A stretch of 64,000 bases of DNA, taken from NCBI RefSeq assembly GCF_009914755.1, contig NC_060925.1; one strand, given 5' to 3'. The position numbers and the translations under genes are program-made. Shown one piece after another: positions 16,194 through 28,500 of this stretch. The notes under the pieces were generated by a model that was not told where the DNA came from, searched no databases, and saw only the letters and a list, made by a program, of their open reading frames with translations. Source of the stretch: the human T2T-CHM13v2.0 reference genome, Homo sapiens. How positions within the stretch are numbered: the first letter of the stretch is position 1; each line of letters opens with the position of its first letter.

Positions 16194-17310
16194 GTGTAAA
16201 TAGCAAATGGCATTCCTTTTCATTCTTGGGTTAGTAGATACTACATCAATATTTTTTTTCTTACACACATCTAATGAAAGATGTGAAAACAAAAACTTTC
16301 ACAGAGAAGACTGTACTTATGCACCATAAATTCATCATGTTCCAAAGCTTAAACAGTTCCCAAGATGTCTGTGCATCTCTTTTTCATTGGCTCTACACTT
16401 TCTTAAGTTTTGCCATCCTCATGGAACTGTCAGCCAGCACACTGAAACGATTCTCAGAAAACAAAAGCATCATCAAGTTCTCAGGGTTTTGGTAGAGATT
16501 GAAGGCCAACAGACCTAAGACTCATTCAGAAATACTTAGCTGAGCAATAACCCTTCATAAGCAGTCACTTGACAGGTGACATTTTAAATCTCCTCTAATT
16601 AACTGTGTCATTGGCTTACACTTGTTCTCAGGAAAAGTTCCAAATTTTTCACCATGAAATAAAAACACCCATGTCAATGTGATTCTTGTCAAGTTACTCA
16701 GTCTTGTTTCTCACCGCTTACTGCACTCTGCCCTTTGCTCTAGCACCAAACTGGATGGAGTGGAACTCTGCAGGGCTCTTCCTTACCTCAGGCTCTTTGC
16801 CTTTGCCTCTTTCCTCTATCTGGGAAGCTTTTCCTTGTCCTTCAGGTATCAACCTATGTTATCTCCTCCACCAGAAAGCCCATGATATTGACATAAAAGT
16901 GGGTAGATGTCCCTTCTCTGTGTTCCAGTAGTGCCTTGCTCTATATCTGTCATGGTATATATGACTCTATATAGACATTGCCTGCCTGTCTGTTTTTTAG
17001 ATTATAGCTTATGACTGTTGAGAGGTGGACCATGCCATCTTCATCTTGTAATTCCACTGCTGGTTCGAGTACCTTAGCATGTGGCTGTTGATTACATGAA
17101 TGAAGCCTGAAAAAGCTCTGATATTTAAACACAATTAGAATTAATGCCATGTGTAAATTATTAAATAGTAATTTTGTATTGTAAATGTACATACATATTT
17201 CTCATTCTTATTAACTCTGATAAAGTTCTCAAGTCTTTAGTTTTTAAACTCACACTTAGTTAACTGAAGTGTTTTAGGTAAAGAACAAAATTCTTTATTT
17301 TTCTTTCCAG

Positions 17311-17432
17311 CTGTTGCTGTATTGGACACTTGCTCCCATCTACTTTCTTCTCTGGAATCCACGGGTAAGCCACATCTAATGAAGAGAATATTTAACCATA
17401 AAGTCTTAAGGAAAAATTGTATGATGATTTAA
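17311..17432 (+). pseudogene. Remnant of the ANKRD26-type last exon
   Basis: ttctttccag|CT GTT GCT GTA TTG...GTC TTA AGG AAA AAT TGT ATG ATG ATT TAA resembles recalled ANKRD26 end (AAAELESG...VLKKNYMI*). Confidence 0.65.
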
Positions 17433-18754
17433 AAGATTATAAAACTTTATCACTGGGCTATTTACACATTTTAATTGTTTCTCATAAAATATATAACATT
17501 CCAATATTTACTGAAGTAGGATATTTTTGTATCATATGTATGATTATAATTTATAGGGTATTTTAAATGATGTTTTTTGGCCTCCTTAAGTTTTAAGTGG
17601 ATCTTGCAAATGAAAACCAGTATTATTGAGTTTGACATACTCAAATTGCCCAAATGTCAGCTGTTTAAACAACCAAGTCATCATTGATACTTTAGTAAAG
17701 GTTAGTAAAGGTCATCGAAGGCTTATTTGCATTTTACAGTTTTTATTACTTAGGAGACTTAAGGAGTACCTACCAGGTTTGTCCATGCTAATGTTACAAT
17801 TTTCTTTTAGTAGTTCAACCGTATTTTGTATGGAGATACTTTGAGGCTCTGTAAATATCTGGTTACTCCTCAGAACCCACTAGATTTAGCATTTCATGGA
17901 TGACTTGTGTTTGAACAATTATTACTATGATGGTTACCAGATGATTATTTTCTTATTATCTTCTTTGTTCTACATGGAGAAATAAAACCAATAAATAAGG
18001 GAGAAGGAAAGCTCATGATTCTGATGCTCCAATTCCCCAAGATTAGGCCAGTAGTAGACATTCCAAGCTGACTTTATGTCTCTTTGATTTGTCTCCATTA
18101 CTCTGTCGGCACTTTTTTACTTTGTGGCAGAAGATGTTCTAAGCTCAGCTTGTATTTTCTCTGCGCCAGCTCTGGAATGAGTAATTTTTTTTAGAAGCAG
18201 AGGTGGAGCCACTGAGGAAGCACAGGTGAGCCCTCCCCAGTGTGTACTCACTGGTCCCCAACAGAAGAACCACTGCCACATCCACTGAGGTACCAAGAAA
18301 CTAGCAAAGGGCCTTCTGGCTGTCTGGGGAGAGTCCTCATGTGGTCCCTGGCTGTCTCAGAGGTTCTGGATTAGTCTTCCTGTAGCCTCTGTGTTGTGTC
18401 TTTAGATCGGGGCTCTGTGGGAAGGGCCCTGAGAGACCCAACAGCACAGCGTGCCTTATCTGCTAAATGTCCCTCCCTTCCTCACACTCTGACACTCAGG
18501 AATAGGGTAGATGGTGTGTCCAGGCAGTGTCAGGCCACCTCACTTTCTCCTTTGAGACGGGCCCAGAGGGCCTTTGGGGTGAGTGTGGAGCTGGGAACCT
18601 GGAGCCTGAGGCCAACTGTCTCTCCCTGTGTCTTGGAGGAAAGGCCATGTCCCAAAAAAACCCCCAGGGCCTGACCTCTGGGCACACATGCAGGGAGGGA
18701 GGGTCTATGAGCTGAGGGGGACATTGTAATGAGACTTTGAGCCCCGTTGCTCCG

Positions 18755-19390
18755 GGGCCTGGTCAGTGGACCATGGTCAGAGATGACCTGGTCATCAGGA
18801 CCTAGTCATTTGGGACCTGATCAGCAGGGGCCTGGTTAGTGGCGGCCTCCTCAGTAAAGGCCTCATCAGTGGGGACCTGGTGACCTAGCCATAGGAAGCC
18901 TGGTCAGTGGGGGAACCTAGTCAGTGGTGGCTTTATTAGTGGGGCCTGATCTGTTGGAACATAAACAATGAAAAACTGGTTGGTGGGGCATACACAATAT
19001 ATCACTGGCCTGGTCAGTGTGGGGCCTTAGTGGCTTGGAGGCTGGTCAGTGAGGGCCTGGTCAGAGGGGGCTCGGTCAGCTGGGTACTCGTTCATGGAGA
19101 ATTGTTCAGTGGGGGGTCGGGTGAGCAGCAACCTGGTAAATTGTGGTCTTGTCAGTGGGAACCCGGTCTTGTCAATGGGGACCAGGTCAGTGGAAAATTG
19201 GTCAGTGGGGTCTGGCCCATGAGGCCTATTAAGTGTGGGCCTGGTTAGGAAGACATGGTCAGTGGGGACTTGATCAGTGGGACCTGGTCAATGGAGGAGT
19301 GGTCATTAGGGGCCTCATCACTCATCACTGGGAACCTGGTCAGGGGCAGTTGGTCAGTAACTGGCCTGCTGGCCACTATGTGACCTCAGG
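18755..19390 (+). repeat. Degenerate GGCCTGGTCAGTGGGG-type short-period repeat, copy A
   Basis: Dozens of (c/t)tggtcagt variants spaced roughly 15-25 bp apart. Confidence 0.8.
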
Positions 19391-19731
19391 CAGGGGGGTT
19401 GTCTGTGGAGGCTCCTTGCCTCCATCTGCAGGGAAAGTGAGTTGGGGCACCCTGGAGGGTGGCTGGAAAGAGAAGGTGAGAAGATGTGTTGAATCCAATA
19501 GTGCTTGGCAGACCTACAACTTTACAAATGACCTGTGTTCCACCTAGAGAGGGTGCCAGGCCTCTCAGCATTATGCAGTGCCCCTCCTCTGTCTGCATCC
19601 CCAGGACCACCATGGGTGGGGAAGGTAGAGATTGGGGAGCAACTATAGAGGCTCTAATGCTCTAAGGTGACAGTGATGAGGACCTGGGTGCACCCATGAG
19701 TGGAGAAGCTAGGCCTGTCCAGAGAAGCAAG

Positions 19732-19774
<43 letters not shown>
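19732..19774. repeat. (CA)n microsatellite
   Basis: Direct reading. Confidence 0.98.
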
Positions 19775-19776
<2 letters not shown>

Positions 19777-20654
19777 CACACATGCATACACAAATACATT
19801 GCATACACACATGTCAGTTCAGGGGATAGAGGACACTGACTCTGGGCCCTGTTGACCCAAGCAGACTCCCATGGTTGTGGGTTGTGTCACCCCACAATGT
19901 CACTGTTGCTGAGTCCCCATCGCCTCTGTGTTGTGGAGCAGTTAGAGACACACAGCAGTGTCTGTGAGTAGCTCTGCGTGAAGGACCATTTTCTAGATGA
20001 GAGGCACATCTCAACACAGCTCACTGATCAGATTCAGGTGAGTGGGACCTGCTCTTTTCTCTTCCTCCTGGTTTGGGAAAAGTCACTATCAGGTGGATGG
20101 TTTTGGCCTCTGGGCAGCTACTGAGGGTAATCCCTGAACACTCACCAGCTGCCTGTTATGTGCTGACAGTCATCTCATTCATCCTCGCAGCAATTCCATT
20201 CTGCATCTTTTCTGATCACCTCCATGACCACACAGGACAACCCCATCAGGGCCCTGTCACCAGGCCCAGTCTAGCTCCATGATAACCAAGACACAGGTCC
20301 AGAGACAATCATCCTACATTGTGCCTGCATCTGACCCCCCTTGGTAGGTAGTGACCAGCACTACATGGAAGAAGCCAGGGCAGCTAGCAGCCAGCTGCTC
20401 TGCAGCCCCAAATGGCTCCTGGGCCTTGGGAAGTCATTCATAAAGTGGAAGCTGGTCACTTTGAGGTCCCTGAAGGTAAGGGTGAACGTGCATCCCAACA
20501 GCCCTGGCAGCCAGCAGCATGCCATACATATTCTCACCCAACGTGTGTGACAGAGGTCCCCTCCTGGGGCACAAGTCCCATACCTAAAGCATCCTGTCCC
20601 AGTCGGACCTCATCCTGAGCCCTGGGAGGGGAGGGGCACCATGGGCCCCCCTGC

Positions 20655-21270
20655 AGCAGCCAGGATTACCACCCATGGGACTCGGCCTTCTGTGGCCCTG
20701 GCCAGACTTAGAATTTGGCCCAAGACAAACTTACTCGGAGCAGCTTCTCAGTACCTGGGGCCTGTGCATGCCAGGCAAGGCCAAGCTGGCTCAAAGAGCA
20801 ACCAGCCACCTCTGCAAGGGTGTGCCAGGAGCAGATGGAGCAGTCACCAACCTCACCCACTCAAGGAAATAGGGATGGCCAGTTTCCCACAGTCTGAGTG
20901 ACCACCACCTGACAGCTGATGGAGTGCAGGCCTGAGGAAAAGCAGATGGCACTGGGGCTCCACCTCCAGGGCAGAAAAAATGATTTACCCTGACTGGCAG
21001 AGAGTCACGTTGGTGGCTGGTCCACTGGCTCCTGGCACACCCTTGCAGAGGTGGGTGGTTGCTCTTTGAGCCAGCTTGGCTTTGCCTGGCATGCACAGGC
21101 CTCAGTGCAACAAATGTGCTGCAAATGGAGCCACATAGAGGAAATGAGCAGCAGGCTCAGAACTGGGGTGTGTGCCGCCTTTGGGGCTCTAGTCCAAGCA
21201 TCGGGGCTTCTACAGCACTGTGGGCTTCTCGGGTGCCAAGAGGCAGACCACAGGCCATCTTGAGGAGGAC
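20655..21270 (+). repeat. Single ~0.6 kb self-complementary unit (same unit as array 46960-49570)
   Basis: Inverted arms ~20758-20860 and ~21000-21101; ends in SNX18 PX-like gaccacaggccatcttgaggaggact. Confidence 0.8.
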
Positions 21271-22556
21271 TCTGGTAAGAGCTTCCTTGTGTATGTGGAT
21301 GATGTCCAGAATGTTGGCCTGGTGTCCCTGAGACAGCACTAACAGGTTCATGACTGGGTCCAGATCCTGCCTGGGCTGATGGGCAAAGAGCTCACTGACA
21401 GTGTGGAAGGCATCTATGGTGAAGTGGATCTATGTTCAAGTGCAGAAAGGGCCCAATCTTGTAGATGAACCACACAGCCAGCTTCTGGATGCAGGTGCAG
21501 TGCCACATTTTTTGTCACTTCCTGATGTGCCCCACCAGCACTGAAGAGATAGCCTGGAGACAGGGCAAGAGGAACGCTGAGAAGGATGAGATGGTGAGTG
21601 CCAGATTCTTCCTGGCCCTGAGCCCACCCCCAGTGTGACACTCAACTTTTAGGAGTGGAAGAGCAAGATTGACGGCTTCAAGTGCTTCACCAAGAAGATG
21701 GACAACAGGGCACTCAGCTCAACTTCACAGCCAATGAGTGGTGGCAGGCTTTGAGAAAGAGCATCAGAAGCCTGACAGTTCTTCTTCAGCCTCAGCCAGG
21801 CCTTGGAGCTGGACCAGGCCATCCACTTCAGTATAGATGCCTCCCACTCTGTCAGTGAGCTCTTTGCCAGTCAGTCCAGGAAGGACCTGGACCCAGCCAT
21901 GGACCTGTTAGTGCTGTCTCAGGGACACCAGACCAACATCCTGGACATCATCCACATACACAAGGAAGCTCTTACCAAAGTCATGGAGAGCAGGCAACAT
22001 GTGGCAGAAGGAAAGACAGAGGTGCAGAGGCTGATGACGTCAGAATCACAGGAACAGGATTTCTTTGGCCACTTTGGCTGAAATTCACCACTTCCATCCA
22101 ATTCCAGTGAGAGACATGGACTCACAGATGCAGCATTTCTTGCAACAAGAGATACTACTTTTTCAAAAAGTCACCCAGGAATTGATAGTGTTGAATGCCT
22201 CGATACTCGATCGTGGACGGTTTCCAGTTCAAGGATACTTTCTACAGCAGAATAATAACACTAGCAAAGAGCTAGTACAAGGATGGTTTTGTGCTCAACT
22301 GAAATCCAGCTGAATACAGAATTGTATAGGAAACAGTTAATATGGTGATAGAATAGAAACAGTAGCAATCGTGAACTAAATCATACTATGAATGCCTAAA
22401 CTACTGCTGTAACTTTTGGAAAAATGATAATACCACTTTATTGCTTTTCGAAGTATGAATATTTTAGTGTATATGCTCTAGACTTCAAACTCTATAAAGA
22501 GTCTCAAAGAAGTTGGCTGGATAAAGCCTGCTGTGGATGTCTTTATATTCAAAGAT
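21240..22556 (+). pseudogene. SNX18P: Processed SNX18 pseudogene, copy 1 (end of PX domain, BAR domain, 3'UTR)
   Basis: ELDQAIHF...[46 protein letters not shown] and [29 protein letters not shown] match SNX18; no intron; frameshifts and deletions. Confidence 0.9.
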
Positions 22557-25500
22557 TGATGATGCAATTTGAATATGTGTCCCCACCGAATCTCATGTTG
22601 AATTATATTTCCTAATGTGGAAGGTGGATCCTGGTATAAGGTGATTGAATTATGAAGGCAAATTTCTCATGAATGGTTCAGCACCCTCCCCTTGTACCAT
22701 CCTCACAATAATGAGTGACTTCTCATGAGATGTAGTCACTGAAATCTCTATATCACCTCCCCACTCTCCGTGTTTTCCCCTTGCCATGTGAGACAATTGA
22801 TTCTTTCTTTGCCTTCCATGATTATTGAAAGATTTCTGAGGCCTAGAAGCAGAAGCACTGTGCTTAGAACCATGAGCCAATTAAACCTCTTTTTCAAAAT
22901 AAATCATACAGAAAATGGCAAATGAGGACTGGAGCGTTGCTTTAAAGATACTTGGAAATGTGGAAGCAGCTTTGGAACCAGGTAATGGACGGAGGGTGGA
23001 AGACTTTGTAGGGCTCAAAAGAAGACAGATGAGAAAACTTTTGGACTATCTTAGAGTCTGGTTCAATGGTTGTGACAAAAATCCTGACAGAAACATGAAC
23101 AGTGAAGGCCAGGCTGAGGAGGTCTTAGAGAGAAATAAGAAGCTTTCTGGAAAATGTCTTCCTTTTGGATATGGAAAGCTTACACAATGCCTGCTTTTTA
23201 TTTCAGAGACTCATAGGCAAAAGAGACTGTAGCCTTGACCCAGATGAGACTTTGGACTTTGTAACTTTGAGTTAATCCTGAAATGAGTTAAGACTTTGGG
23301 AGACTGCTGGCAAGACATGTTTGTATTTTGCAATGTGAGAAGGACATGAGATTCATCGGGTCAAGGACAGAATAATACGGTTTTTGTCAATGTCCCTACC
23401 AAAACTCATGTGGAATTATATTTTGTAATGTTACAGGCAAGGTCTAGGTGGAAAAAGATTTAGTCATAAAATGGTGCAGGTAGATACTTCACAAATGATA
23501 AAGAACCATCACCTTGATGCTATCCTCCTGATAATGAGTGAGTTCCCATGAGATCTGGTTGTTTAACAGATCTCATCCTCCTGCTCCTGCTTTAGGAGAC
23601 ATCTCATTGTCACTTGGCTTTCTGATATAATGAGGAGGCTTCCTGATTCCTCCCAGAAACAGAAGACACTATACTTCCTTCACAGCTTGCAGAACCATGA
23701 GTCAATTACACCTCTTTTATTTACAATAATACAGAAAAGTAGAACTGCAGAGAGGAGCTGTGAAATGCCTTCAAGGCCTTTTTCCCTTTGTTTTGGCTAT
23801 TAGCACAGGGCTTCTTTATATGCAAATTTTTGAAATCTTCTTGAATGTTTCCCCTTAAATGGGATTTTTGTTATTGCTACATAGCCAACCTGCTATACAG
23901 ATTTCTGAAAAAGTAGAAGCAGGCTCAGTAGTGGGTAGCAAACAAAGATTGGAAGGGTTTGGAGGGATTAGATTATGACAGGGAGTGGGAGGGAGTGATT
24001 TAATCATGGATGGGTGGGGGTGGATGTGGAAGGGAAAAAGGGGTGGGTAGGGTGGGAGGGAGTAGACTGGCTGTACGGTGGTGGGAGGGTGGTGGGTAGT
24101 AGGAAGGGGTAGTAGACTGCTGCAGAGGCAGAGCCTCATGGAAAATCCCTACTAGGGAAGAGCACCTGTGGCTTTGCAGGTTTGAGCCCCAATGGCTGCT
24201 CTCATGGACTGGACTAGTGTTGAGTGCCTGTAGCTTTTCCACACGGAGGGTGAAAGCTGTTGGTGGGTCTATGTATCTGGGGTCTGGAGGGTGGTGGCCT
24301 CCTGCATGGGGGCTCCAAGTCCATATTTTCTTTCTGCACTGCCCTAGTAGAGGTTTCCCAAGAATGCTTCATCTGCAGCAGGCTTCTGCCTGGAAACAGT
24401 GGGAGTTGCGGGTGGGAGGCAGATCCTTCACCAATGGTTAGGCAACATCTTCTTGATGCTGTCTTCATGATAGTGTGTTCTCATGAGATCTGGTTATATA
24501 ACAGGGGGTGGCACCTCTTTCCTCTCTCAGTATTTCTTCTACCCCTGCCATTTGAAACATCTCATTGCTCCTTGGCCTTCTGGTATGATTGGAAGGCTTC
24601 CTGATCTGATCCTCCCAGAAGCAGAAGCCACTGTGCTTCTTTTACAGCCTGCTGGACCATGAGCCAATTAAACCTCTTTTCTTTATGATCATGCAGAAAA
24701 TTAGTACTATGAAGTGGAGCCATGAAATGCCTTCAAGGCCCTTTCCCCTTTGTCTTGGCAACCAGCACTCAGCTTCTTTTCATGCAAATATCTGAATCCT
24801 TCATGAACTTTCCTCCTGAAAATGGACTTTTCTGTTTTACCACATTGCCAGGCTGTGATAAAGATAGCTGACAATGTAGAACCAGGTTCAGAAGTGGGTA
24901 AAAGACAGAGGTCAGAAGAGTTGGGAAAGCTTAGAAGACAGCAAGATGAGGAAAATATTGGACCACTATAGAGAATTGTTAAATACTTGTGATAGGAAGG
25001 CTGACAAAAGTGTAAACACTGAAGTCCAGAACTAAAAGTTCTCAGATGAAAATGAGGAATTTCCTATGAACAAGAGACAAGATTACATTTGATTGGCCTT
25101 AGCAAAGAAGCTGGCTGCATGGGGACCCTGCCCTGGAGATCTGTGAAACTATGAACTTGGGGGTGATGATTTAGGATGTATCTGGTGAAATGAACATCTA
25201 GGCAGCATAGCACAAGAGGTGTCCTGCCTACATTGAACAGCTTGTGTTCTTATGGGTGACCTAAGAAGTGACTTCAAGTTGGAACTTCAAGTGGAGATCT
25301 AAAGTTTGGAAAATTTGGAGCCTGGCTAAGTGGTCAAAAAGAAAAGCCGATTTTGAGGGGGAAAATTCAAGAAGGCTTAGGGTATTTGTATAAAAAGGAA
25401 CCCAGTGCAAAAAGCCAAGACAGTGGGAAACCAGCCTTGAAAGCATTTTAGAGATGTCTGCAGCAGCCCTTGCTGTCACAGGCCCTGGGGCCTAGGAGAA

Positions 25501-28500
25501 AAGAATGGTTTCCTAGGCCAGTCCCATGGCTCTGCTGCTGTGCTCAACCGCAGGACACTGCTGCCGGCATCCGTGCAGCTCCAGCACCAGCCATGGCTGA
25601 AAGATGCACAGGTACAGCTTGGGTCATTGCTTCAGAGGTGGCTCAAAGTCTTGATGGTTTCCATATAGTGTTAAGCCAGTAGGTGCACAGAGAAAGAGAT
25701 TAGAGGTTTGGGAACTCCTGTCTAGACTCCAGAAGATGCACAGAAAATCCTGGATGTTCAGGAAGAAGCTTTTCCAAGAGGCAGAGCTTCATGGGGAACC
25801 TCTACTAGAGGAGCAAAGAAGGGACCTATAGGGTTGAAGCCCCCACACAGGGAGGCATCATTCTCTAAACCCCAGATTCATAGACCCATAAACAGCTTGC
25901 ACCCTCAGTGTGGAAAAGCTATGGGCACTCAACAACAGCCCTGTCCATGAGAGACAGCCGCGGAGGCTGAACGCTGCAAAGCCACAGGTGCAGATCTGCC
26001 CAAGGCCTTGGGAGCTCAGCCCTCACAGCCCTGTGCCATGGATATGGGACAAGGATTCAAAAATGGCGATTTTGGAGCTGTAGCATTAAGTGACTGGCCT
26101 GCTGGGTTTTGGACACTTATGTATCCTATGAGTCACCCACTGCCTGTACAATCATTGTACCTTGGAAGTAGTAAACTTGCTTTATAATTCACTGGCTCAT
26201 GGGCAGGAGGGACTGTAGACTTGTCTCAGATAAGACTCTGGGCTTTGTGCATTTGAGTAAATGCTGGAATGAGTTAAGATTTGAGAGACTCTAGGGAAAG
26301 CATCATTACATTTTGCAATGTGAGAAAGACATGAACTTTGGGGGACCAGAGACAGAATAATAGGTTTTGGCTCTCTGTCTCTACCAAAGCTCATGTGGAA
26401 TGTTAATGCAAAATGTTAAAGGTGGGGGCTGATGGAAGGTGATTTAATCATGGTGGAGAGTGGAGGTTGGATGGTTGGGGGCACCGGGAGGGTGGGGGGG
26501 ATTCTGGGGTGGAGAGGGTTGGAGGGAATCGGGGGTGGGGAGGGTTGGAGGAGATTGTGGTGGGGTTGGGGGTGAAAGGCAGGGGTGGGGGTGGATCCTT
26601 CACAAATGGTTAAACATCATCTCCTTAATGCTGTCCTTCTGATAGTGAGTTCTCTTCATGGTTTTGGAGCTGTGAGATTGAATGAAAACTGACATACTGG
26701 ATTTTGGATGTCCATTGGGCCTGTGGTCCCATTTGTGTTATTTTTCTTGGAAATTTCTTCCCTTTGGATTGAGAAAGTTTACCCAGTACCTGTACCATCA
26801 TTGTACCTTGAAAGAAACAAACACCCTTTTAACTTCAGGGACTCATAGGCAGAAGAGACTGTAGCCTTGTCTCAGATGAGACTTGGAACTTTTTACATTT
26901 GAGTTAATGCAGGAAGGAGTTAAGCCTTTTGGAAACCTTTGAAAAGGCATGATTGTATTTTATTCTGTGAAAAGGATATGATACTTGGGGGGTCAAGGTC
27001 AGCATAATATGATTTGGCTGTGTGCCCCTGGAAAAACTCATGTGGAATTGTAATCCCAAATTTTGGAGATGGGGCCTGGTGGGAGATTATTTAATCATGG
27101 ATGGGAGGGGTAGGGCTGGAAGAAAAAAGGGGTGGGTAGGGTGGGGAAGAATAGGCTGGCTGTAGGGCGGTGGGAGGGTGATGGATAGTAGGAAGGGGGA
27201 GTAGCCTGCTGCAGAGGCCAAGGCTCATGGAAAACTTCTACCAGGGCAGTGCACCTGTGGCTTTGCAGGCTTTAGCCTCCATGGCTGCTCTCATGGGCTG
27301 GGCTGGTGTTGAGAGCCTATCACTTTTCCATACTGAGGGTGTGAACTGTTGGTAGGTCTATGAATCTGGGGTCTCGAGGATGGTGGCCTCCTGCATAGTC
27401 AGTCAAAGCCCTTATTTTCCTTCTGCACTGCCATAGTACAGGATTCCCAAGAGCCTCTGCCTCTGCAGCAGGCTTCTGTCTGGAACACTAGGAGGTGGAG
27501 CTGTGTTGGGGGGTGGATCCTTCACCAATGGTTAAGCACCATCTTCTTGATGCTGACCTAGTGATAGTGAGTTCTCATGAGATCTGGTTATATAACAGAG
27601 TGGCACCTCTTTCCTCTCTCAGCCTTGCTCCTACTCCTGCCATATGAAATATTTCATTGCTGTTTTCCTATTGGTATGATTGGGAGTCTTCCTGAGTCCT
27701 CCCAGAAGCAGAAGCCACTATGCTTTCTTTACAGCCTGCAGAACCATGAACCAATTAAACCCCTTTTCATTATGATCATACAGAAAATAAAGTACTGCGA
27801 AGTGGAGCTATGAAATATCTTCAATGACATTTCCCCATCGTCTTGGCTATTAGCACTGGACTTCTTTTTAATGCAAATATCTGAAGCCTTCTTGAAGTTT
27901 CCCCCTGAAAATGGACTTCTTTTTCTTCTACATTGTCAGGCTGCAACAAAGATAGCTGAAAACGTAAAGCAGGTTCAGAAGTGGGTAACAGCCAGAGGTT
28001 GGAGAGTTTGGAGAGCTTGAAAGAAGACAGGAAGATGAAAGAAATTTTGGACCATCGTAGGCACTTGTTGAATAGTTGTGATTAAAAGGCTGGCAGAAGG
28101 ATGGACAGTGAAGGCCAGGCTTACAAGGTCTCAGATGAAAATGAGGAAATTACTGGGAACAGGAGCCAAGGTTACTTTTGTTTTGCTGTAGCAAAGAACA
28201 TGGCTGCAGGGCGACCTTGCCCTCGAGATCTGTGAAACTTTGAACTTGAGGGTGATGATTTAGTGCATATCTGGTGGAATGAACTTCTAGGCAGCATAGC
28301 ACAAGGGGAATCCTGTCTGCATCAAACAGCCCGTGTTCTTGTGTGACCAAGGTTATGTGTGACTGAGGAAATGACCTCAAGTTGGAACTTATATTTAAAT
28401 GACAAGCAGAGATCAAAAGTTTAGAACCATTTGCAGCCTGGCCAAGTGGTCAAAAAGAAAAGCTGATTTTCAGGGGGAAAATTCATGAAGGCTCCAGAAA

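Noticed and set aside
20330-20480. Exon-like segment ending in a strong donor (GAAG|gtaagg)
   Set aside because: No protein homology recognised in any frame; could be a lncRNA exon but this cannot be supported without transcript data.
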